Source: Podarcis tiliguerta (taxonomy: Eukaryota). Taken from it: a DNA stretch of 64,000 nt. Positions 40,201 to 52,200 of the stretch are shown one piece after another. The DNA lies in NCBI GenBank assembly GCA_965153285.1, contig OZ229116.1. One strand, given 5' to 3'. The notes beneath the pieces are model-generated. The model made no database searches and was not told the origin of the DNA. It worked only from the letters and a program-made list of their open reading frames with translations. The first letter of the stretch is position 1. The number at the start of each line of letters is the position of its first letter. A program made the position numbers and the translations under genes.

Positions 40201-43200
40201 GGCTATGGCAGGTTAGCACTTGAGGGTGTTAGAATGCCTTTTCTTTTTGTCCTGCTCCCTCCCCCCTTGTGCATGGTAGTCAAACGCTTCGTAACAAGTT
40301 GCTAACTTCCCACAATCCCACAATGAACATGTAAGAGCAGTACATCTAGGAAACAGACATATGTAGGTGTGTCCGTCTTCCCTGCAACATAACCAAAGTA
40401 GTTCCTATTATCTGGCCTAATTTGGGTTTGCTGGGCACAATGTTTGTGGGCCCATAAACTTTCTCTGTTGTTAAGTAGCAGGCCACTATATGTGGTCATT
40501 GTCAGTGCTGCTTCTCCCCTCCCCTTTGTCCTCTGTTATGTGCAGACAAATCAGTAGTAGTTGGACTCGCCACAGACCAGTGGAAGGCAAGATTCTACTT
40601 CCAGAGTTCTAACTGTGTGGTTCTTTAACCAGCATACTGGACATCTAGGGCAGATGATTGCTGGAAGGAAACTTTTGGCCACATTTGTGGAAGGATGATT
40701 GAGTCCTGACAAATTGTTATGTTTCTCATTGGGAATAAGAAGCTGATCAGATGTAGTTGCTAAGCACACTGCAGTGCATAAATGCTTTTAAAGTGGGGTA
40801 ATTGGATTGAATGCCTTACAGAGTACCATATTTTTTGCTCTATAAGATGCACTTTTTCCCTCCTAAAAAGTAAGGGGAAATGTGTGTGTGTGTCTTAGGG
40901 AGCGAATGCAGTCTGTGCGGCTAAGCCAGAAGCCAGATCAGCAAGAAGGATCGCTGCGCAGTGCTCCCTCTCGCTGTTCTAGCTTCTGGCTTAGTCCCTC
41001 AGTCCCTTCCCCCACCTCCTGGAAAAGCGCTCAAGAGCCGCGCGGAGCGTGTGTGCGGTTCTTGGGGACTTTTCCCCGAGGAGGGAGAAGGGCAGCCTTT
41101 CTCCCTTCTCGGGGAAAAGCCTGCAAGCGCTGCACACACACTCCACGCGGCTCGTGAAAGGGAGCGCTCAGCAGAGCCTGGGATGCATACAGGCTCTGCT
41201 CAGTGCTCCCTTTAAAGAATATTTTTTTCCTTGCATTCCCCCTCTAAAAACTAGGTGCATCTTATGGTCAGGTGCGTCTTTTGGAGCAAAAAATACGGTA
41301 TTTTAGTGTCTTTGTTAAATACTTCTTCATAACGTTAATAAGACCTGAAAACTCTCAATTGTCTACTCAGAGCTGTACAGCAAAATCCAGAGCAAGTGCA
41401 AAAAATGCTTCCTGCTAATAATCCTGTGATAAATGTAAAGTTTGATGAAGAATTCCCTGGGGAAGAGCTGGTGACCGAAGGTAAGCTTGACCACCCTGAG
41501 AATATCTACTTGTTTGTATATTTGATTTCTCGCCATTCTTTAGATGTATTTCAAATTTAGCTTTCACTACCACTTTCCCTGCTGATCAGAAGGTCGGCGG
41601 TTTGAATCCCTGTGACAGGGTGAGCTCCCGTTCCTCGGTCCCTGCTCCTCCCAATCTAGCAGTTCGAAAGCACGTCAAAGTGCAAGTAGATAAATAGGTA
41701 CTGCTCCGGCGGGAAGGTAAATGGCGTTTCCGTGCACTGCTCTGGTTTGCCAGAAGCGGCTTAGTCATGCTGGCCACATGACCTGGAAGCTGTACACCAA
41801 CTCCCTTGGCCAATAAAGCAAGATGAGCGCCACAACCCCAGAGTCGTCCGCGACCGGACGTAATGGTCAGGGGTCCCTTTACCTTTACCACTTTCCCTTA
41901 TTCATATGATTCTTGCAATCTATTCATATTCTTACAATCTGGTTATTATAATGCAGGTGCTAGTGCAGCTTGGTTGTTTTTAACATGGTTGATAGTAGGG
42001 GATATTGTGGTGGCGCAGTGCTTCTCACCTGACCTCTAGTCCATCACGTTGCTGCTGTTTATGTCCCCAGACCTCACAGCCTCCTTACCCTCCCAGGAAG
42101 CAACACCTATGCGACCTGCTGGAAGTCAAGTGAGCAGCCCATCTCACTGTCCAATACTGGTTGAGAAATCAACCAAGCAGCCATCTCTGTCCTCGCCATA
42201 GCAAATCTTTTCTCTCTCCCATCTCCCATTGTCATTCCTCCAATGCTATTTAGGATTCCCTTTTCATCTGCCTTTGGCAGCAGTAGTTGCTTGATCTTGC
42301 TCTAATTCTAGCTATAACTTTTTAATACGTTTCTGAAGCTTGCATCATTCATGTCACCTTTACAACATTAGCTTTTATCCTAAAGGTACATATTTGGAAG
42401 TTCCATTTGAAATCAGTGGGAATTTGTGTCTCCTTGTGTATCTGCTGGGAGGCTGGTAATGGACTATGTCCATTTTCTCTCTTAACTTCTAAAGAATTTG
42501 AAAAGGTCCAGGAATGCAATTACTGTCTGTAAAGACGGTAATAACCCAGGTGATTAGTCTGTCATTAGTCACCAATCTTCAGTAAATACTGCAGTTTGTT
42601 TCATTAATCCAGCTTTGCTTTTGATTTTTAAATGTCTTCTCTAGTATATGATCTTCCGCAACATTCGTTTGATATCCAGTACTTTTTCATGAACATGAGA
42701 AGGATTATTGTTTCGGCGGTTAATGCCTTCAGTAGTTCTGCTTTCGATATCAAGCCACCTTCAGTGCATCGTGTAGCACTAGAGAGGTAATTTTATTTGT
42801 CATTTTTTAGTATTTTCTGAAATACTGGTAAGCAGTTCCTCCACCTTGGTAAACTTTCAATATTCCAACAAAAATAAGAATTAAAAGACTCTGAAATTCG
42901 GTCATAATGTGTAGTTACCTGACTGGACTACTTCAGTGACTGGGGTCTGTATATAATCTTTCTTGGTGGTTGTGGGTGTTGATATGATTCCTGTGGAGTA
43001 ATACATAGGGGAAAGGTTATGTTGGAACTGAAAATCATTTTCAGAATACTAAATTCATCTGCTAACTTTTAATTGCTTTTTATCAGTTTTCATCTGTCTG
43101 AAACTCTGGCTAAGGCTAAGTAAGGCAAGGGTTTTTTATTTTCTTTTAGAAGGCAAGTTTTATACTCTGATATTTGCTTCTCTTGTCTCGTTTCCTAGTA

Positions 43201-46200
43201 TTTGGTGTTGAACTGCTCTTTCTCTGTTTCATAGACCTGGTGTTCCTGAGAAATCCAATATGACTTTGGATGTACTACCTGTTAAAGGACCTCATGGTTG
43301 TGCATTGTCATCAAATGCTGATAGCATTGATGAAAATAAGCTTGTTTCCAAGGAAAACTGGACTCTTCAGCCTGAATTTCTAATTCTCACTGCTCCTTCT
43401 CAAAGTATGTTATTTCCACACGTTTCAAGAGCTGTTAAAAATATTCACCATGATATTTGTACCTATACATTGCTTAGGATTGTTATGTGATAGATAGTAT
43501 TACTGTGAGACACAATAATAAACTGAATTTGTTTGGGATTGGGAATATTTCTCCATGTATATAGAACTCTGTTGTTAAATTAATCATGATGCATAAATTC
43601 TGTAATTAAGAGAATTTATTTCTGTAGCAGAGATGGCTTCAAAAGCTTACCTAGAAACTTTAAGTGGAATTTTCTGTTTTACAGATCTGCTTGTTACAGT
43701 CATACCTTGGTTCTGGAATGCCTTGTGACTTGAACGTTTTGGCTCCTGAATGCCACAAACCTGGAAGTGAGTGTTCTGGTTTGTGAACATTTTTGGGAAG
43801 CCAAACGTCCGACACGGCTTCTGATTGAGTGCAGGAAGCTCCTGCAGCCAATCAGAAGCCGCGTCTTGGTTTTTGAATGTTTTCAGAAGTTGATCCGAAT
43901 TCTGGAACCAATTCCGTTCAAGAACCAAGGTATGACTGTAGTTCTAATTTGTTACAAGGAAGTAAAAGATCCTTGTTTCAATGTTGGTAACAAATCAGTT
44001 GCTGGCAGCCTAGTCAGTGGTTGTAAAGTTTCCACTTTCCAAAGTAACTCACAACCCACTATTTAGATATCAATAAAGTAATACATGCTTTTTTCCTATA
44101 GCTGTATTATGTAAAAGCCTTTGATTCATTACTGCACATGTAAGTTTGGAAGTAACATTTGCATAATTGATACGGTTGTTAATGTTTTGTAAATAGCACT
44201 TTAATGTATTATAAGATAACTGAGAATTCATGCAATTCTTATCTCAAAAGGTGGAGCTGCGATTACTAAACATGCACAAATAAGTAACAACTCAAACAGG
44301 TCATTGACATTTGAGCTATCGTGGCCTGCTCACTGTCTGACAGTAACACCTCAGCATGGAACTATTGAACCAGGGTAAGTACTTCCATTGTTCATTACTT
44401 TTCCACATGACTCCATATATTTGAAAACCGTGCTTTGCCATAACTAAGGTTGCAATCCTATATCCACTGATGCACAACTAGTTTCTGTAGATTTCAATGG
44501 GACTTACATCTCAGTGCCATTGTATAGGATTGCACTGTCAGTCTGATTACATCCAGCTCTTGAGATAGCATGAAGATGAAAGGGAAGGAATCTTTGTACA
44601 GTTGTGAAAAGAGCTTCTGGCTATTTCCATAGTGTCAAGTTTTTCTTTCCTAAAAGAATAAACAGCCTTGTTTTTATTTATGCTGAGAAAAACCTTTAAT
44701 TCTTAAGGATAACCTAAAGTATTTGTGGTTAGCACAGAAAAAAATTAATACTGTACGTATACAAGATATATGATTCAGATTGAGTTATCAGTGTATTTCA
44801 GTTTTATGTTTTTTAAATAACTTAAAGTTAGAGCCTCTCTCACACAAGATTTCATAGTCTTCTATGAAAATTCTGCTACCATATGATCTGAAGCTGAAAT
44901 ATTGCACCTATCACAATAATAGTTATACAGTTGGCAAGCATATTGTCACCCCACTTGATATTTTGCTTCTGATAGTGTTGTATCATAGACCTAATAATTC
45001 TAGCTCTGTGTACATGGCAGGTGCACTGGTGATTGAAACATCACTATGTGAGTTTTCCCTTGTCCTTATGAAGCTAGACTTGTAGATAGGCATGGGTTTG
45101 CAATTCCTCAGATTAAATTAATAGAATACTAAAATTTCATCAGTTGTGTACAAAAAAGTCAAGAAGAACAGTAACCAGATCTAATGAGGAAACATTGATT
45201 TCATTTAGCATATTAAAATTAATGCACTGGACGTCTTATTTCTAGAAGCAACATTTCAATTTATGTGAGTCCAAATCCATCACTCGCAGAAAAGAAATCC
45301 ATCTTTCCATGGAGTGGCCTTATTTATGTACATTGTGATAATGGACAAAAAGTAAGTGGCTTAAATAAGAGTCTATGGTTATGAAAATTCTGCCAAATGC
45401 CTTGGTTTTAGAAAACTAATTTCATGTTGTCAGTTAAGTTTTCATCTATTGCTTTAAAGGGAGTAGTTTGCATTTCCTAGATGAAGTTTGCAGTTATGGG
45501 AGTAAATGAAGAATTGCTTGGGGTCAGTTTACCTGAGGAATAACCTGCTTCTATAGGATTGCACCTGGCCTCAGCGGGTTTTCTCTTTGTGCCTCCCATA
45601 CATGATATTAGGCAGGCATAAGTGTGTGTTCCATCTCTTTCTCTTTTGTTGATTGGTTGGTTAATTTTTATTTCTTATTTTTTAATTGCATAAAATAGCA
45701 AAATACCTTAATATAATAGTAGCCTGCTCCCTTATTGTATATGTCCAACTATATTTGCCTATATTTACTAACTCAAATTCATTAGTAGTTTCTGTTGAAG
45801 GCATGTCCAATTAAATATTTATTTTATCTCTGGTCACTTTTGCTCTTTTAAATTGTGTGTGCTAATATTTCTGTTTAATAATTGTAAGTTGTCTTGGAAA
45901 TGTGTTGAAAACTGGGAAATGCATTTCTTCAAGTGTTGGACAACTTATGCTCTTGTATGGAAGTTGTTTTAAAAGTTTAAGAGATGTATGTGTTCCATTT
46001 TCTTTGTTACATTGAGTATTTTCACCTTGCTTTTGAGTCCTTGGTTGCAAGGCAGGTTTGAGCATATGTACTGGCCAGCCAGTCTGGGAGATAACTGTAG
46101 GATTAACTTGAGACCAGTAACTGCAAAAGACTATGATTTCGTTTCTTTCTTGTGCATAGCTTGTTAGGGTCCAAATTCGGGAAAATATCTCTGAGAAGCA

Positions 46201-49200
46201 ATCTGAAACGGTTTCACCAGTTGCCAAAGCAGGTGTTCATCAGCAGCAGCCTGAGCTTCCTATTATGCACATAAGGCCACTTCAAAAGCCATCTTCGACA
46301 AAACTTGAAGTAAAGAATCGGACGGTGTTTTTTCCTGAAACAAAGTCTGGGGAAAGCTCAGGTAAGGTCGGTCTTGCATATGACTAGTATCTTTTTGAGT
46401 AAAATGTTTTTTAATGGTGAAAACGAAACATGTATTACTTCAGTGAGACAAGCATGACTGGCCATGCACGGCAGCGACTCACAGTCTTGAAATTCACATT
46501 CACACAGTTCACACATAACACTAAGCCAATAACAAATTGGCAAGTGTGCAGGTTTCCAAATTGAAGTTGTATTAATTTCATTATTTTCCATGCAATTCAT
46601 CTCAGTCTTGCGGCACTTTAAAACCCTTTTTATGGTCTTTTTATAGAAGACTATAAATATGATCACTCCTGACCAAATGTTATAAGCACTTTCACTGAAC
46701 TTAAGAAGTTCCTCAACTCACTGGGCTCTCGGAAGAATGCTACTCTTGAGTAGCATGTCTTTCCCAGGTTAAAAAGTCTTTGCGTTGTCACACAGAAATC
46801 CCCTTGATCTAAGAAACCTCTAGCCTGACTACCAGTCACAGCTTCTTCCATTCCAGGCTATAGGACCTCATGGAGCCTCTCAGCCAAGAGACCTGCCACA
46901 CTCCTTGTCTGTAAAGAAATTCTCTCTTCCTAGCTAAGACCCAGGGCAGTGCCAGGCTTCACAAGTTAATTCTATAACCCCCAAATGAATAGACAAGGAG
47001 GATAATCATTCCCATATACTATCTCACAGTTCATGCAAACAAGGTCCAAATCCTTCACAGGCCCTTATAAGAATAACTCTTACTTGCTATGAATGTTTGT
47101 ATGTGATGTCAATAAAAGGTTTGATGATGATGATAAATAACTGCTACTTACATTACTTGCCTGCACTTCTTCTTCCAGAAAAGTACATAGAGATTGAAAA
47201 TAATGGAGATGCAAATGTGAAGTGGCTATTGTCATCTTTTGCACCGCCTTATATCAAGGTGAGTAGAAAATCTGGAAAAACAAACACACACTGTCTTTAA
47301 AAGATCAGGTTATATATTCTGTCATCTTTGCATCTAAACAGACCTGGCCTGACAAGAACACGCAAATAGAGCTCTTCTGACGGAAGAAAAATATTGGAAA
47401 ATAGGTTTCAAAAGCATCACCGAAAATTCAAACATTTTAAAAGAATTAATCTCTTTCTGATCTGGTTGCTTACCCTCAACTTGTAGTAGATAGACAAATG
47501 TGCATACTCTGGTTTTTAATCAGATTGTATAGATAGACAAGTGCTGGACACTGTAGATTCACAATGGAGGTGTTGGAGAACAAACTGGAAAATCATTTTT
47601 ATGAAATCATTAGATACTGAAATTAACAACTTCCATGTTAATGGGTGGTATTCATCTAAGTTATACTTGGAGTAGCCCTGCTGAGTTAAGGGACCTAACT
47701 GAGTCATGATCATTAATTCAAATGGGTCTACTCTGAGAAAAACCTAATTGAATACCACCCAGTTTCCAATTAAAACCCTCTTCACTTGCACATGTTCCAA
47801 GGCTGCTTTGTAAAACTAGTGTTTCTGTTTAATAATTTCCTTTCAGGGCTTAGATGACAGTGGAGAGGTTTACAGGGCCACATATACTGCTTTTCGATGT
47901 TCATTGCTTTCTGGTATTCTTAAAGCTCATGGGGAAGAAAAGGTAAGTCACATTGACTGTGTTTTCATCTTAATACACTGCACTTCTGTTTGTCTTCCAT
48001 AAAAAAAAAAAATCAGTTAATGCTTCAAAAGTTCTAGGCTATAACAACAGCATTTTTGTGAAATGAAGTCAGGCTTCTACTCAATAATCCATCTTGAAAA
48101 ATCTAAAGAAATTGAAAAAGTAGCATCAAGATTACACAATACTGTTCGGTTCTGCATGAAGAAACTTGCTTTTCTTAGAGTATACTGTGAAGAATTAACT
48201 TTGAGATATGGGTTGACTTCACCTACTCTGTATGTGCAGTGTCACATGACATAAATTTGTAGACCTAGTTCATTTGAATTTGTAGTCATACAAGGCAGGA
48301 AGGGGGCTTATCAGATCATTCAGGATCCTCATGTGGCATAGAGCATCTCTTCCACACTCCCCTCACAATTGTGAATTACTTCCTGAGCTAGAAAGTGACA
48401 CTTTTCATAGGAAAAAAGGACATACTAGTGATTCATACTGCTTGCGAGGATGATTGCAAAAGCAGGTAAACTACAAACTCCAGTAACAAGAATGGTTGTC
48501 AGATGGATGTTGAAGGCTGCATTGGTCCTATAGCTGTAATCTCAAGGAATTTGCTGAATAGAAAGTTGATCCTCTGATCAATCTAATTTTTACTTTACTT
48601 TGTGCTGCTATCCTATTGCCTTTGCTCCCCCTCACACACACCCCATTGCTAGCAGGCCAAGAACATGGTGTCTCTCACATTATTTCTGGCCTTACCTGAT
48701 GAACCAGTTACTAAATACAGTGAAATAAAAATTAAAAAGCTGCTTATTTACAAAGCAAAAGTTAACATTCAATATTCTCTCTCTTTGTACCTTGAAAATC
48801 ATTCATAAAACACTAATAAGAACGCTTGTCTGCCTTTTCCCTCCCCACACTGGTTGATGGCCTGCCATAAACAGGCGAACGCCTTTTTATTTAAACAGGC
48901 AATTGGCATTCTGGGCTGAATTGTTTTGCTCAGCTGTTCTGTGTTTTAATGTGCAATTCTAATTGATGTTTGTAACTAGCTGACATTTTAATCAACTTTT
49001 GTCTCGTGTGTTCATCTGATCTTATTGTTATCCTTAGTTTGGAATTTTTTTAATGGAAAGGTAAAGGATAAATTGTCCCTCGATTCTCCCCTTATATTTC
49101 GCATGGCAAACTTCTTTTCTCTGAGTGAGGACAGTCACTGTTCTTCAGAAAATCTCGTCACATGAACCTAGAGGCAGTGTCTTCATTAAGCCACTCCCGA

Positions 49201-52200
49201 GCTCGAGAGGGGGTGGGGTTGTGGGCTCTCGCCCGCGACCACAGTCTCGCGGGGCTGGGAAGCCCCGCGGGAAAGTCAGGGATTCCCCGGCCTTAATTAT
49301 TATGCATCTCCCCCGGGCCAGCCAATCGGCTGGCGAGGGGGCGGGGCCGGCCAGGGCAATGTAAGGTCAGGGCTGCCCTGGCTCGCCCCTTTCTCTCCTC
49401 GCACCGGCTCCAGATCGCTCCAGAACCTAGAGGCAGTGTCTTCATTAAGACACTGATAGAGCTGTCTTAATGAAGGTTCATCTTCCAGCTTCCCCAGAAA
49501 TTGAAGGAGGAATCTACTAGTTATTGACCGTTCCTCTGAGCTCATGGGCTGGTATCTCCTGAAGGATAGTATCTTTTTTCTGCCCTCCTTAGCAGGAATT
49601 AATGCTTCTCTTTGGGAATTTTAGTAAAGACCTCCCCTTTCCCAGATGTTGTGCTGCACCAGATATTACCTAAGTGGTCATACATAATCAAAAGGGTTAT
49701 GGTTAAATGGGTACAACCATGGGCATCCTCAGGATTTGTGGAAGGGGGCAGGGTGAGAGGGCACAAAGTGAAATATTGAAAGAGGGGTGCAGGCTAGTTT
49801 CTCACAAAAATTAGGAAAAAAATAGTATATCAGGCTTTACAAATTCTAGAAACTGTATTTTTCAATATGAAAGCTGACAGTAATAGAAATCCAGGAATTA
49901 TGGTTCATCTGGAGGGAGCAACTGCCCTCCTTCTAGAGGCCCATGGGTAGAACTAATCATTCAGGATCATTGGGAACCTACATAAATTGGATAAGGAACT
50001 TACACCTTGTTAATATTGGCCCCTGGGGTTGGTATTGTATCAGCAGTCCAGGTAGTGTCAGTGACATTACATAGATTGGAATAGCACTTTCGCCAACTCT
50101 GACGAATACAAAAGAAATGGCTGTCAATTCAGTCAAATTTGGAAAAGAATTTATTCTCTAACTTACTTTCTTCATAGGTTGTAGTCACCTTTTTACCTAG
50201 AGACAGAGGACACTATTCTCAGTTCTGGGATCTCGAGTGTCACCCACTTCACGAATCTCACTTGAAAGACAAACACAGACTTCAGTTTTGTGGAATGGTG
50301 AGTATATGAATGAGATCATTATTTTATTTATTAGAGATTAATACTCAACAAGGTTTCATTCCTTGTTGAGATGTAATGTGAAACATTGTCATTTCATCAT
50401 TTGTGTAGTCTCATAATTTGTCTAGCCTCCTCCATACAAAAGAACCCCCATAATAATAATATTCTTATCTAATCTAAATGCTTAAAGCATACAGGATTTA
50501 AACAACTTTTGTAGCTTTATACTAAATACTTTGTACCTGTTTCCAGACAAGGTATCTCTGAGGAGACATACACGTAGCAAAAAGGTCCCAAAGCACTAGG
50601 TGCTTTTGTCTCCAGCCACTAGATTAGATTAGATTGATTATTTAATTTCTGTATCACTTAATATATTAAAAATATATCTAAGCGGTAGACAAAAAAGAAG
50701 TAACAACAGACATCTTAAGCAAATATTACCAAAAAACAGTTAGATATTAAAATGTTACATTAATATAAAGTTTTATCTATCTATCTATCTATCTATCTAT
50801 GTACATTTTCCTTCTGACACACCCTCCCCTTAGCTTCTGGGTTCTCACCAAGGGTCTAAACAAACTCTCAGTTCACCTGGAAAAGTCTCATGAGAAGAGT
50901 TCCCTGAAACAGCGGACAACACCCTAGTCTCTCACTCTAGACTTGCTTTTTATGGGCAGGTCCAAGAACAGGATTGGAGAATCTGTGGTCCTTCAAATGT
51001 TGTTGGATTACCTCATCCCCATTCAGTAGTTGATGATAGTTGAAATGTAACATCTGGAGGATGTCAGCTTTCTCCCCCTCTGCATTAGATGATTCAGCTA
51101 GATGTTGAGTTAGAAAATACCTCCTAAAAGCCAGTCTTGCTTCTGCCTAGTTAGCGAATGGTCACAGGTCGCTGTTCTTTATTCTGCTACTTCCATTCTG
51201 TTTGAGCAAGTCCTCCCTTACAAGTCAGACAGAGAAGGAAAAACAACAAGATAACAATATTAAGTGCTGAACTGTGCTACTTTGAACCTGCTTCTGCACT
51301 CATGATTCTTCAGTGGTACATTTTTCCTACTCAGTACAATGGCCTGAAGAGTTTTGTAATATTGTCAGCCTACAAGTGACATATGTAGTAAGTGAAATCT
51401 TCACTTAGTAGTGTATCTGCCTCAACACTAGAATTGTTTTTGACAACAAAAGTAGTCCTTCTCAAAGTAATGAATTTAATTTTTCACATCCATGTAAAAA
51501 TGTTCAGCGTACAGTGGTACCTTGGGTTAAGTACTTAATTCGTTCCGGAGGTCCGTACTTAACCTGAAACTGTTCTTAACCTGAAGCACCACTTTAGCTA
51601 ATGGGGCCTCCTGCTGCTGCCGCCGCGCCGCCGGAGCACAATTTCTGTTCTCATCCTGAAGCAAAGTTCTTAACCTGTAGCACTATTTCTGGGTTAGCGG
51701 AGTCTGTAACCTGAAGCGTATGTAACCTGAGGTACCACTGTAGTTCAGGGAGCTAATACTAATGTATAACTTCAGATGTTTCTTGCATCAGGGTATCTTA
51801 GGAAATGAAGATTTTAAAAATGAAGATTCCGCAGCTGCTTTAGTAAAAGTCAGCGTTCGAGATGTGACCCTCAGAAGAGATTACCCTAATACCTCTGAAC
51901 ACAAAATGTGGTATGTGAAAATGATTTTTTTTTTATAAGCCATATGTCTACTCTTTCATCATCAACAAAGTAAAACTTGATCATTGTTGCTTACGTGACA
52001 TAAGGTGATTCAGCTTCAAAGGAGGAACTGAGAGTGATATTCTTTCCTATGCTGAAGTGAAATCCATTTTATTTCCTTTTTATCCCACCCTCTTCCAAGG
52101 AGCTCCAGCTGGCTTAGATGGCTAGCAGATGGTTTGCTTATTTTTACAGTGAATAGCTTCAGACAAAAAATTATAGCAACAATGGGTTATCAAAGACCCC

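Noticed and set aside
50547-50600. Possible extra exon after gtttccag
   Set aside because: Flanking exons join in frame without it; donors weak; no homology.
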